IMG/VR virus record: IMGVR_UViG_3300025916_000008
Span: 104,845 to 162,409 of that record
Length of the DNA stretch: 57,565 nucleotides
Source of the DNA: a virus
Lineage: Duplodnaviria > Heunggongvirae > Uroviricota > Caudoviricetes
Reading direction: 5' to 3' (one strand)
Shown here: positions 46,338 through 55,782 of the stretch, in pieces
Numbering within the stretch: position 1 is the stretch's first letter
Layout of the letters: every line of letters begins with the position of its first letter
Program-made: the position numbers and the translations under genes
Notes under the pieces: generated by a model
Databases searched by the model: none
Seen by the model: only the letters and a program-made list of their open reading frames with translations
What the model was told of the DNA's origin: nothing

Positions 46338-47891
46338 CTACAGCCCCGACAGCGGCATCGAGATGTCGAAGAAGATCTCCTTGTTGGCCGAGTTGATGCC
46401 GGTGATCTGGATATTGCCGGAGGTGTCGATGAACACCCAGGGCGGCTGCTGCGTCGAGGCGGTGTTGTTCCACGCGGCGGGGTGGTTCGAGCTTCTCGAC
46501 GGGGCGTACCCGGACGGGAGGGTGAAGCAGGTGCTGTTGCCGGTCGCCGTCGTGTTGATGATGTCGCCGATGACCCTGACCTGGTTGTCGGAGGTCCGCT
46601 GGTAGACCAGGCCGCCGACCCCGCCGGAGCCGCCCCACCCGTTGATCAGGGAGGCGGTGTGCCACCCGTCGCCGGAGACGAACCCCTTCTGGGTGAGGGT
46701 GACCGCGATGGTCCCGCCGAACTCGAAGATGATGACGGGGTTCAGGGTGCCGTCGTTGCTCTCGGAGACGAGCTGGATGGCGGCGTCGGCGAGCCCGGTC
46801 TCCTTGCCGCTTTGCAGCACCAGCCATATCTGCTCGTTGGCAGCTCCGGGGTTCTGCGAGAACGAGAAGATCGTCGAGGGGACGTTCGCGTGGACCGACC
46901 CGGCGGGGGTAAGCGAGATCGCGGCGGAAGATCCGTCGTCTACGATCCCGACGGTCGACCCGGTGGGGCCGTAGACGAAGACGCCGGCCGGGTAGGTGTT
47001 CCCCAGGCCGTCTACTCCGCCCTGGCTGGTGATGTTGACGAACAGGTTCCCCAGGCCGGGCGTCGAGCTGTACCAGAACCCGCCGGCGCTGTTGAGGATG
47101 AAGTCGGTGCCCTCGAACACGGAGCCGATGAAGGTGGCGGCGTTGACGATCGTCCCGTCGATGATGCCGCCGTAAATGATCCCGGCCGCCATCTCGCTGG
47201 CCGTGACCGCCTCGGCCGCCAGGAGCTGGGTGGTCACCGACTTGGCGGAGATGGCCTGGGTGCCCCACTGGTACGCGGTCCAGATGGTGCCGGTCCACTG
47301 CTTGAGCTGGTAGCCGTTCGCCGCGTCATACCACAGGTCACCGAACGACGGGTTCGGCGGCTGGGTGGCGGAGATCGTGGTGGTGACTCCGCCGATGTCG
47401 GAGGCGGTGAAGTTCACCTGGCTGGCGGCGATGTTGGCGTCCTCGGCGAGCTGCTCCGAGGTGAGGCTCCCCGTCTGGATGGCGGTCGCGCCGAACTGCA
47501 CCGGGAGCCACGCCGTGCCGTTCCACACGGTCAGCATGTTGGAGATCGCGGTGTTCACCCACAGCTCGCCGACGCTCGGGTTGCCCGGCGCGGTGGCCTG
47601 CGTGTAGACCCCGGAGCCCGGGTTGGCCGGCTGGAACTGGCCCGGGTTCTGGGCGACGATCGCGGCGAACGTCCACATCCCCAGGGCCTGGGTGACCATC
47701 CAGGTCTCGCCGACGGCCGGGAGCACCCCCTTGCTCTGCTGGATCAGCATCGGCACGCTGACCTGGGTGTTCTGCCGGTCGACGCAGACGGCGGTGGTCC
47801 CGTCGGGGGAGATCGACTGGACGGTGACCATCTTGGCGGTGAAGCCGACAGAGGTGCCCGCCGCGTTTACGGCCTGGCGCGGGGCGGCCAT
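46338..47891 (-). CDS. Minor tail / spike-fibre protein
   Basis: N-terminal spike-like VQSISPDGTT..LPAVGETW; repeated G(E/D)LW..W.G..W fibre motifs. Confidence 0.7.
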   Translation of the reverse strand: MAAPRQAVNAAGTSVGFTAKMVTVQSISPDGTTAVCVDRQNTQVSVPMLIQQSKGVLPAVGETWMVTQALGMWTFAAIVAQNPGQFQPANPGSGVYTQATAPGNPSVGELWVNTAISNMLTVWNGTAWLPVQFGATAIQTGSLTSEQLAEDANIAASQVNFTASDIGGVTTTISATQPPNPSFGDLWYDAANGYQLKQWTGTIWTAYQWGTQAISAKSVTTQLLAAEAVTASEMAAGIIYGGIIDGTIVNAATFIGSVFEGTDFILNSAGGFWYSSTPGLGNLFVNITSQGGVDGLGNTYPAGVFVYGPTGSTVGIVDDGSSAAISLTPAGSVHANVPSTIFSFSQNPGAANEQIWLVLQSGKETGLADAAIQLVSESNDGTLNPVIIFEFGGTIAVTLTQKGFVSGDGWHTASLINGWGGSGGVGGLVYQRTSDNQVRVIGDIINTTATGNSTCFTLPSGYAPSRSSNHPAAWNNTASTQQPPWVFIDTSGNIQITGINSANKEIFFDISMPLSGL

Positions 47892-50533
47892 CAGGCGGTC
47901 CCGGCGGTGGCGGTGTTCGGGTTCGGGTTCGCCAGGTTGGTGACCGGGTTAGGCAGGTTGGTGCCGGACACCAGGCCGCCGGCGATCGGCAGGCCGATGA
48001 GCTGGCCGCCGGAGTTGTTGCCGCTGCCGGGCATCCGGGCCGGGGCGGCGATGTTCACCGTGGTGTTGAAGAACCCGCCCTTTCCCATCTGGAACGAGTG
48101 GGTCACCGTCGTCACGTACGCCTGGAACGAGTAGTCCGGGACCTGGATCAGCATCCCCGGCCACAGCTCCGGCATGAAGGTCATCGGCACGTCGGCGTCG
48201 TACTGGTAAGCCCAGCTCCGCATGAACAGGAACAGCGCGGCGAAGAACTCGCCCTGCGGCCCGACCAGGCCCGGGAGCTGCTCCAGGTCCGGCCGCGCCC
48301 CGAAGCGGTTGTAGACGTACTGGGTGAACGACTTCGCCGAGGCCGAGGTGGCGTCCAGGCCGAACAGGGCGCTCATGATCGCCGGGACGTCGATCGAGGC
48401 GATGCCCATGGTGGTCAGCGCGAACAGCAGGTCCTCGGGGATCGACTGGGTGCCGGACGGGGCGCTGATCGTGATTCCGCTGGCCACGCCGCTGCCCAGG
48501 TCGATCTGCTGGGCCGGGGCCGCCACCACGAACTGGTGGGTGACCAGGTTCTCGTCTGACCAGTAAACGGTGAAATCTTGCAGTTCGATGCTTTCTATCT
48601 GCATTACGGCCGCAGTGCCCCATATGCCGTAATAGTCCGGGAACCAGGCGATCAGGTCGCCGTTGGGGGCTGAGCAGTAGGAGCGCATGCAGGAGCCGAA
48701 GAGGTTCTTGATGTACGGCAGGATCGGGCTGTCGGCCATCAGGGCGCGCGGGCCGGTGAGGATCTCTGCGACGTTGGCCGCGTCGGCGTCGAACGTCGGC
48801 AGCCAGGGCGAGGAGCCGAACAGCGCGTCGAACGGGTCGGCCGGGTTGAACCAGGGCTGGGTGCTGGACGGGGTGACCTGGAGCGCGCCGTCGGCGAGCT
48901 GCGACTGCGGCAGCACCGACGTCCCGGCGCTGGCCGCCCCCGGAGACCCGGCCGCCATCGCCGCCCCGTTCCCCGGGACCGACTTGTAGGCGGCCGTCGT
49001 GCCGGGGGTGCCGGAGTAGTCGACGCCCGGCATCAGGCCGCCTGCGGTGTAGCCGAACCCGGTCACGTTCGTGACCCCGGCGACGGTGCCGGTGGTCATG
49101 GCCCCAACCTGGTCAGCGCCTGTCCCGGCGCTGATCTCCACGTGGGTGGCTGCCCCCGGGGGGCCGATGAACAGCAGCGCGCCCGGCGTGTTGAGGGCCT
49201 GCTGGAGCGAGATCGGGGTGGCCCAGGCGCTCTGCTGCTGGCTGGTGCGCGGGCACGCGGCCGACCCGGTGGCGTGGTAGTAGACCCACTGCACGAAGCT
49301 GGAGCAGTCCAGGAGGGTCGGGACGGCGCTGGTAAAAGGGGAGTCGCCTCCCTCCTGGTAGGGGATCGAGTGGTTGGCCACCAGGTTGAGCGCGACGCCG
49401 AGGACCTGGGTGCCGGCGGCCTTCCCGGTCTTGGTCGCCGCGTTCGAGGCCGTGGACGGGACGTTCGACAGGGACGAGGACCCGGCGGTGGTGAGCTGGC
49501 CGACGATGGTGGTGGCCAGGGACTGCCACTGGGCGTACGGAGATCCGTCGGCGAAGGCCGACCGCTGCACCGCCTGCGCCTGCTGGGCGTCGGTCATCGA
49601 CGAGCGGTTGGACAGGCTGAGCAGCACCTTGCCGAACGCCTGGGTGGCCGTCGTCGGGTTGGCCGCCTGGGCGGCCGTCCCCCAGCCCATCGCCGGGTTC
49701 TGCTGGAAGACCCCGATGGCGCTGGGGCTGCTGCCGGTGTTGGCCCCGAGCCGGGACTCCTGGTAGGCGGTCATGATCGCGACGATCGCGTCGTTGGTGC
49801 TGCCGCCCATCTGGATGATGGTGTTGTAAATCAGCGTCGCCATCTGCGCCTGGGCGGCGGTCAGCGTCTGCCCGGCGTAGGTGCCCGCCCCGATGGCCCC
49901 GGACGGGACGGTGGTGCCGCCGCCGACCACCCCGCCGACGATGCCGCCGGCCCCGAGGCTGGCGTAGAACTGCTGAGCCAGCGCGTCGGCGGCGGCCGTG
50001 TCCGCCTTGATCGCCTGGGCGATCTGGTAGGCCCAGGTGGACCAGGCCTGCGGCATCCCGGCGATGTGGATGTTGGCGGCCGGCCAGCCGACGACGTTCT
50101 GGAGCACCGAGATCACCGCCGCCGCCGTCCCGCCGTCGTCGGGGTTGGCCGCGCTCGACATCGCCTGGGCGACCATGTTCTGCGACTGGGGGAGGCCCGG
50201 GTCCCAGAACCAGTACTGGAGGCGCTTCAGCGAGCAGGAGGCGGTGAGCTGGACGGTCGACGGCCACGCGGTGACCAGGGGCACCTGGTTGAGGTAGCCG
50301 GTGAAGGTGCGGACCCAGGAGACCCGCTTCATCATCACGATGATCCGGTCATTGGGGGTGAAAACGCCCGAGTACTTGCGGAAGGGGTTCTGGAGGCTGA
50401 AGGAGAAGGTGGAGATCCCGTCCGAGCGGCGCACCATCGTGCCCTGGGTGAGGTCGTCGGAGATGTCGATGATCCCGTTGTTCTGCGTCGAGACGTACGC
50501 CTTGATCCCCGGCGCGTAGAGGAAGACCGCCAT
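47891..50533 (-). CDS. Baseplate hub protein with lysozyme-like and NlpC/P60 peptidoglycan hydrolase domains
   Basis: AIMTAYQESRL..GVFQQ..GWGT..VQRSAF; YQEGG..LDCSSFVQWVY..PRTSQQQ..HVEI; start ATG 50533. Confidence 0.85.
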   Translation of the reverse strand: MAVFLYAPGIKAYVSTQNNGIIDISDDLTQGTMVRRSDGISTFSFSLQNPFRKYSGVFTPNDRIIVMMKRVSWVRTFTGYLNQVPLVTAWPSTVQLTASCSLKRLQYWFWDPGLPQSQNMVAQAMSSAANPDDGGTAAAVISVLQNVVGWPAANIHIAGMPQAWSTWAYQIAQAIKADTAAADALAQQFYASLGAGGIVGGVVGGGTTVPSGAIGAGTYAGQTLTAAQAQMATLIYNTIIQMGGSTNDAIVAIMTAYQESRLGANTGSSPSAIGVFQQNPAMGWGTAAQAANPTTATQAFGKVLLSLSNRSSMTDAQQAQAVQRSAFADGSPYAQWQSLATTIVGQLTTAGSSSLSNVPSTASNAATKTGKAAGTQVLGVALNLVANHSIPYQEGGDSPFTSAVPTLLDCSSFVQWVYYHATGSAACPRTSQQQSAWATPISLQQALNTPGALLFIGPPGAATHVEISAGTGADQVGAMTTGTVAGVTNVTGFGYTAGGLMPGVDYSGTPGTTAAYKSVPGNGAAMAAGSPGAASAGTSVLPQSQLADGALQVTPSSTQPWFNPADPFDALFGSSPWLPTFDADAANVAEILTGPRALMADSPILPYIKNLFGSCMRSYCSAPNGDLIAWFPDYYGIWGTAAVMQIESIELQDFTVYWSDENLVTHQFVVAAPAQQIDLGSGVASGITISAPSGTQSIPEDLLFALTTMGIASIDVPAIMSALFGLDATSASAKSFTQYVYNRFGARPDLEQLPGLVGPQGEFFAALFLFMRSWAYQYDADVPMTFMPELWPGMLIQVPDYSFQAYVTTVTHSFQMGKGGFFNTTVNIAAPARMPGSGNNSGGQLIGLPIAGGLVSGTNLPNPVTNLANPNPNTATAGTA

Positions 50534-50537
50534 GGCC

Positions 50538-51299
50538 TCAGCCCCCGGCGAGGCGGACGAAGATGCCGGTCGTCGGCAGGCCTCCCACGGGGACGGCGGC
50601 CCTGCCCGGCGGCGGGTAGGTCGCCAGCGTCGGGCCGGACACCACCACGGGACCCGTCGCGAGCGCCGCCTGCCCGGCGGGGGTGGAGAGGACCGGCGGG
50701 ACGACGGGCGGGAGCACCACCGGGAGGGTCGAGACGGGCGGGATGACCTGGCCGTAGTCCTGCGGCACCTGGGACGCCTCAAGCTGCGTCGAGAACGGGT
50801 AGAAGTACTGGACGGCCGGGTCGGAGGCGTAGGCGCTGGCCGTCCCCGTCACCGAGCTGGTCACCACCTGGCTGGTGACCTGTCCCGGCGACTGGGCGGC
50901 CTCGAAGACGAAGACCGGGGAGAACGCCATCATTCCGGCGTGCGCCCCCCACTCGTACCCCGTCAGCGGGACCCCCTGCTGGACAAAGCTCCTGACCGGG
51001 ACGGTGACCTGCATGAACGGGAAGACGGTGCGGACCACGTTCGGGTCGAGCATGGACTGGGCGTAGGCCATCATCCAGCTCATGAAGTCCGACCGCTCGT
51101 CCCAGTCCTTCAGCAGCACCTGGACGGAGAACTGCTGGTTGGCGGACCTGTGCGGGTAGAACGACCTGTTGATGCGCGCCTGGTCCTCGGCGTAGATCAT
51201 GTCGGTCCCGTAGCCGAGCATCCCGGCGCGGAACTGGTAGGTCTGAGTCGCGCTCCCGTCGCTGTAGCTGAGCGTCCCGTTGAGCCCCTGGCGCGCCAT
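50538..51299 (-). CDS. Putative tail/baseplate protein
   Basis: Sits in the baseplate operon and is translationally coupled. Confidence 0.6.
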   Translation of the reverse strand: MARQGLNGTLSYSDGSATQTYQFRAGMLGYGTDMIYAEDQARINRSFYPHRSANQQFSVQVLLKDWDERSDFMSWMMAYAQSMLDPNVVRTVFPFMQVTVPVRSFVQQGVPLTGYEWGAHAGMMAFSPVFVFEAAQSPGQVTSQVVTSSVTGTASAYASDPAVQYFYPFSTQLEASQVPQDYGQVIPPVSTLPVVLPPVVPPVLSTPAGQAALATGPVVVSGPTLATYPPPGRAAVPVGGLPTTGIFVRLAGG

Positions 51300-51541
51300 C
51301 AGCCGCTGAACTTCCCGGTGGCGTCGATCCCGGCGTCGCCGGGGACCACCTTCCCGGTAGGGGAGGCCGGGGCGTAGACGGGGACCGCGAGGCGCTCGTA
51401 GTCGGTGCTGCTCAGGGAGTGCACCAGGCGGAACTGGGTCATCCCGAAGCCGAACATGTCCACCATCACCGGCTCGGAGGCCGGGACGGGCATCGAGATC
51501 GGCACGTCAGCGCCCCAGGCGGGGGGCGTGTTAAACGGCAT
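51299..51541 (-). CDS. Small putative tail protein
   Basis: SD GGAGGAGG; stop overlaps the next ATG. Confidence 0.55.
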   Translation of the reverse strand: MPFNTPPAWGADVPISMPVPASEPVMVDMFGFGMTQFRLVHSLSSTDYERLAVPVYAPASPTGKVVPGDAGIDATGKFSG

Positions 51542-51575
51542 CGCTGCACCTCCTCCGGTGCTTCCGGGGGCTGCG

Positions 51576-52178
51576 TCAAGCGCCGGGGGTCAGGGAGCCG
51601 GTGTAGATCCCGGTGTACTGGTTGGCCTTCCAGCCAACGCCGTCGGAGATCCGGGCCATGAACGCCGCAATCGCCTGCTGTGACTGCTGGGTCGTGCCGT
51701 TCACGGTTCCGGCCGGCACCAGGGCGGCCGACTCCAGCACCGGGAACAGCGTCAGCACGTACCGCTGGTTGGCCTTGCCCAGCTTGAGGATGACCGAGTT
51801 GCTCCCGTCGGGGTCGGTCAGCGACTTGACGTAGACGTTCCACCGCCAGCCCTTAGGCGGGTAGGTGAAGACGGCCGGCGGGTGCATGAGGGACTGCTGG
51901 TTGCTGTCGGCGCTCTGCCGCTCCATGATCTGGGTGACGGTCGTGAGGAAGGTCTCGGCCTGCTGCCAGCTCTCCCCCGACGCCGCGTTGGCGTGGTCCT
52001 GGCCGAGGCTCCCCTGGACGGTGAGGTCCTCCAGGCGCGCCCCGAGGACCTGGATGACCCGGCCGCCGATCGTCTCCACCACGTTGGTGATGACGCTCCA
52101 CGTCCAGTCCATCGCGTCCGGGTCTACCCTGAAAGCGACCGAAGGCCCTCCGGGGTACCCGAGCGTCGCGGTGCCCAT
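51576..52178 (-). CDS. Putative tail tube initiator/baseplate protein
   Basis: First gene after the promoter motif; beta-rich; SD GGGAGG. Confidence 0.6.
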   Translation of the reverse strand: MGTATLGYPGGPSVAFRVDPDAMDWTWSVITNVVETIGGRVIQVLGARLEDLTVQGSLGQDHANAASGESWQQAETFLTTVTQIMERQSADSNQQSLMHPPAVFTYPPKGWRWNVYVKSLTDPDGSNSVILKLGKANQRYVLTLFPVLESAALVPAGTVNGTTQQSQQAIAAFMARISDGVGWKANQYTGIYTGSLTPGA

Positions 52179-52215
52179 GCGCCACCTCCCGTACCTTCCG
52201 GGGCTAGCGCTCGAT

Positions 52216-52234
52216 TATCAAGAAAAGCTATAAT
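52216..52234. promoter_or_regulatory. Overlapping divergent promoters: minus-strand TTATAG-N6-TTGATA variant and plus-strand TATAAT (leaderless ATG 52241)
   Basis: TATAAT at 52229..52234, 6 nt before ATG 52241. Confidence 0.6.
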
Positions 52235-52240
52235 CTTGTC

Positions 52241-52606
52241 ATGAGGATAAAGACGGCAGCAGGGATCGTGGCCACGGCAGGCGGCTTCTACGCGCTCGCC
52301 ATGGCAGCCGACAACGGGCTGAGCTACAACGCATGGAGTAATCCCGGTGCCCTCAACCTGATGGTGCAGTGGGGCGCTGCGGCCGTGGCCTTCTTCATGA
52401 TCCCGGCCGCCATGCTCGTCATCTGGTTCGCCCGCCTCGTCATCCGCGAGGTCTCCGCCAGCGGCCTTACCCCCGGGCAGGTGGCGGTCGGCGAGGCCGT
52501 CCTCATGGCAGGAGCGAGCTACGAGTGGCACAAGCACAACGAGCGCGTCTCGGAGCGCCTCACTGAGAGCGTGATGGGGCCGACGGAAAGACGTGACCCG
52601 TGGTAA
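52241..52606 (+). CDS. Small two-TM membrane protein
   Basis: Hydrophobic segments; consensus -10 immediately upstream. Confidence 0.65.
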   Translation: MRIKTAAGIVATAGGFYALAMAADNGLSYNAWSNPGALNLMVQWGAAAVAFFMIPAAMLVIWFARLVIREVSASGLTPGQVAVGEAVLMAGASYEWHKHNERVSERLTESVMGPTERRDPW

Positions 52607-52776
52607 GCATCGTGCGCGGCCGGCGCGGCGTCTCGATCAACGGCGTGTACCTCCACCTCAACCCGCGCGACTGGTGGATCGGGTACTACCGCAGTGACAA
52701 CCATCACTACGTGTGCCCGCTGCCGTGCCTCGTCATCAAGTGGGAAAGGGGCGGCTGGCGACCGCTCGGACGTTAG
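52600..52776 (+). CDS. 58-aa protein (NPRDWWIGYY..YVCPLPCLVIKW) missing from the ORF track
   Basis: GTG 52600 overlaps the upstream gene's end; TAG at 52774-52776. Confidence 0.6.
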   Translation: MVSIVRGRRGVSINGVYLHLNPRDWWIGYYRSDNHHYVCPLPCLVIKWERGGWRPLGR

Positions 52777-53393
52777 TACCAGCCGTCTGCCTGCTCGTGA
52801 GCCCAGGCCCCGCACGGGCTGCCGTAGGTCGCGTCCACGTACCCGATTCCCCACCGGACCTGGGTGTCCGGGTTCGTGGCCCAGTCAGGCCCTGCTGAGG
52901 CCATCTTCGAGCCCGGCAGGGCCTGCGGTATCCCGTAGGCTCCCGAGCTAGGGTTCTGGGCGTAGGTGTTCCAGCCGCTCTCGCGGCTCCACAAGGGGTC
53001 CAGGCAGGCGAACTGGGACGCGCCCACCAGGGACTCGGCGTAGGCCCTCGGCGAGCCGGAGACGGCCACCACGGTCTGCCTGGGGGGCAGCGGCGTGTAG
53101 GACGGGTACGGGGTCCCAGCGGGCGCAGGAGGCGGCGGTGGCGGCGTGGGAGTGGGCTTCGGCGAGGGGATCAGGCGGGAGCCCGCCACGTCGTCGGTGA
53201 TCGACACCGAGGGGGACGGCCGGTAGGTGGCGAGGGCCGGGGCCGCCGCCGTGACCGGGGCGGTCACGGGCCTCGCGAAGGCGGCTGCCGGGCCGGGCGG
53301 CGAGTGCAGGGTCATCCGGGGGAAGGGGGCGGCTACTGCTGCGGCGGAGAGCGCCAGGGAGAAGAACGCCCCGCGCGCCAGTGGCTGGTCCAT
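52773..53393 (-). CDS. Secreted lytic transglycosylase (SLT/lysozyme-like fold)
   Basis: Signal-peptide-like N-terminus, Pro-rich linker, CLDPLWSRESGWN..AYGIPQALPGSKM..QVRWGIGYV..YGSPCGAW. Confidence 0.88.
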   Translation of the reverse strand: MDQPLARGAFFSLALSAAAVAAPFPRMTLHSPPGPAAAFARPVTAPVTAAAPALATYRPSPSVSITDDVAGSRLIPSPKPTPTPPPPPPAPAGTPYPSYTPLPPRQTVVAVSGSPRAYAESLVGASQFACLDPLWSRESGWNTYAQNPSSGAYGIPQALPGSKMASAGPDWATNPDTQVRWGIGYVDATYGSPCGAWAHEQADGWY

Positions 53394-53520
53394 CGGGCTC
53401 CAGACCTCGCGGTTCCGGCCTCGGGCCGGGCGTCCCCGCGAGCGGGGGCCGGGGGTCTAGCCGGCTGGTACGCGGAAACGTAACACGAGGGTCACGCGGT
53501 GCGCCCGGTTAACGCGGGAA

Positions 53521-55782
53521 TCAGCGGCTTGCCTGGGATGCGTAGGTGTTGGCCGGGACAGTCGACGTGGCCGCCGCCTGGTCGTGGTTCCCCGGCAGCA
53601 GCTTGAGGAGCTGCTTGGCCTCCGGCGACAGGTCGAAGACGTTGGTGACCTGGCCGCCCGACTGGGGGTGGGCCTTCTGCCAGGCTGCCAGGGAGGTCCC
53701 GAGGGTCGAGCCCGCCTTCTGCTTCTGCTCGGCCGCCGTGCTCGCGCCCGTGTTCACCAGGCCGCCGGTCAGCGCGGCGGTGTTGCCGAGCGACTGCCCG
53801 TTCGCGCCGAAGAACTGCACGTTGCCGGCCTGAAGCTCGTCTGGGTAGTACTTCATCGCGTCGGCGATGGACATGACGCGGGTCCCGCTCGCGGTCTGCA
53901 CCGCCACCTGGTCGCCCGAGTTCGAGTTCTGGATCAGCGCCTCCAGCACCGGGTTGCGCTTCCCGCTCTTCTGCTCGGCCGACAGGTACGGGCTCGCGGC
54001 GGCGGAGTCGGCCCCCTGGAGCACCTGCTGCCAGGACTGGCCCCGGTGCCCGAACAGGCCGCCGGTAAGCAAGCCGAGGAGGTTGCCCTGGTTGCCCTGG
54101 GCCAGGCCGAACTTTCCGGTGGGGGCGCTGCCAAGGCTGGCGGCGGAGACGCTGGCTCCCCGGTTCGCGGCGATCGACGGGTTGGCCGAGGCCTCGTTGA
54201 TGCCGCCGCTCTGGGCGACGATCCACTGGAACGCCTGGTTGGCGTTCATCGGCACCCCGGTCAGGGAGCTGATCTCCTGCGCCCACAGGTTCTCGTTGAT
54301 GTTTCCCTTCACCTGCCACTGGTTGAGGAACTGGTTGGCGATCTGCTGGGTGAGGTTCGGGTTCGACTGGAGCGCGGCGGTGCCGCCGGCCTTGGAGATC
54401 ATCTGCCGCAGCGACGTCTGCATCTGCGGGGTCATCAGGCCGCCCATGTTGAGGAACTGCGTGTTCTGGCTGGCCTTGAGCTGGTTGTAGGCGGCCGGGT
54501 TGGTCCGCTGGAGGTACTGGAGCTGCGCCGGGGTCATGCCGCTCATGCCCGACAGCAGGTACTGGCTCTGCTGGGACAGCTCCCCGGAGAAGTTCACCCC
54601 GGCCATCGACTTGCCCATCATGGCCTGCATCTGGGAGACGCCCTGGGCGACCCCGACGGAGCCGGTCCCGCCTCCCTGCGACAGCGCGGTGTTGAAGTAG
54701 CTGTTGAACTGCTGCCGGGCGGTCTCGGCGTTGGTGCCCGCCTTTCCGGCCGAGTCCGACAGCGAGTTGAGGGCGTTGGAGACCTGGGTGAGGTTCACCG
54801 TGGCGTTCTGGCTGGCGGTCTGGAGCACCTGCACCGACTCGTTCACGTCCATGCCGGTTGCCGTGTAGTTGTGGTAGATGAAGTTGAGGGCTGACTGGCG
54901 GTTCTGAAGCTGGCCGCCCTCGTTGGCCGCGCGGCCGGTGTAGCCCATCTGGGTGACCGCCCCGAACGCCTGCGCGGCGGCCCCCGACGGCATCCGGCCG
55001 AACATGGACGCCTGGTAGGCGAGGGCGTGCAGCCGCTCGGTCTGCGCGCCGAGGTTGCTGCCGCCCTCGACGTTCTGGTACATCCTCCCTGCCTCGCGCT
55101 GGGTCAGGTAGGTGTTCGCCCCCCAGTTGGCCGCGTCGATCAGCATCCCGACGCCGGGGATCGAGCGCAGCGCGCTCGCCGCCGACCCCGGGCCGCCCCC
55201 GGACGCGGCGACCTGCGCGCCGAGGTTCTGGAGGACGAGCGCCCCGGCCTGCTGGCCCGGGGTCTGCGTCGCGTGCCGCCCGGTGCCGAACAGCCAGCCG
55301 GCCAGTCCGGACTGCGGGTTGGGGGCCTGCGGCCCGACGGGGGCGCTGGGGTTGCCCCCGCCCCCGCCGCTGCCTCCGCCGCCGCCTCCGCCGCCCTGGT
55401 TCCCGTACAGGGGGGTGCCGGCGATCCACTGGCCGATCCGCTGCGCCAGGAACGCCCGCGCGTTCTGCGCCGAGCTGGCCGCGCTGAGCACCGACTGCTG
55501 GTTCATCCCGGGGCCGCCCAGGTTCAGCCCGGCCGCCTGGGCGCTGGCGATCACCTGCTGGTTCATGGGGACGTTCGGGTTGCCGCCGTGCCCGCCGCCC
55601 GCCTGGTAACGGGACTGCGCGTTGAGGCTCCGCTGCATCATCTGCGTCTGGGTGCTGATCGCCTGCTGGAGCCCGGCGAGCTGCCGGGACACGGCGGTGA
55701 GCCCCTGGCTGAGCTGCACGCTCGGGTCGGGGGGTCCTACCTGCTGCTGCGGCTGCGGGCCTCCGGGCCAGGGGATCGTCAT
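53521..55782 (-). CDS. Tape measure protein
   Basis: Long Ala/Gln/Gly-rich helical protein downstream of the frameshifted tail assembly chaperone. Confidence 0.75.
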   Translation of the reverse strand: MTIPWPGGPQPQQQVGPPDPSVQLSQGLTAVSRQLAGLQQAISTQTQMMQRSLNAQSRYQAGGGHGGNPNVPMNQQVIASAQAAGLNLGGPGMNQQSVLSAASSAQNARAFLAQRIGQWIAGTPLYGNQGGGGGGGGSGGGGGNPSAPVGPQAPNPQSGLAGWLFGTGRHATQTPGQQAGALVLQNLGAQVAASGGGPGSAASALRSIPGVGMLIDAANWGANTYLTQREAGRMYQNVEGGSNLGAQTERLHALAYQASMFGRMPSGAAAQAFGAVTQMGYTGRAANEGGQLQNRQSALNFIYHNYTATGMDVNESVQVLQTASQNATVNLTQVSNALNSLSDSAGKAGTNAETARQQFNSYFNTALSQGGGTGSVGVAQGVSQMQAMMGKSMAGVNFSGELSQQSQYLLSGMSGMTPAQLQYLQRTNPAAYNQLKASQNTQFLNMGGLMTPQMQTSLRQMISKAGGTAALQSNPNLTQQIANQFLNQWQVKGNINENLWAQEISSLTGVPMNANQAFQWIVAQSGGINEASANPSIAANRGASVSAASLGSAPTGKFGLAQGNQGNLLGLLTGGLFGHRGQSWQQVLQGADSAAASPYLSAEQKSGKRNPVLEALIQNSNSGDQVAVQTASGTRVMSIADAMKYYPDELQAGNVQFFGANGQSLGNTAALTGGLVNTGASTAAEQKQKAGSTLGTSLAAWQKAHPQSGGQVTNVFDLSPEAKQLLKLLPGNHDQAAATSTVPANTYASQASR

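Noticed and set aside
53394-53520. ydaO/c-di-AMP riboswitch upstream of the SLT gene
   Set aside because: The characteristic conserved segments were not recognisable; kept only as a generic structured leader.
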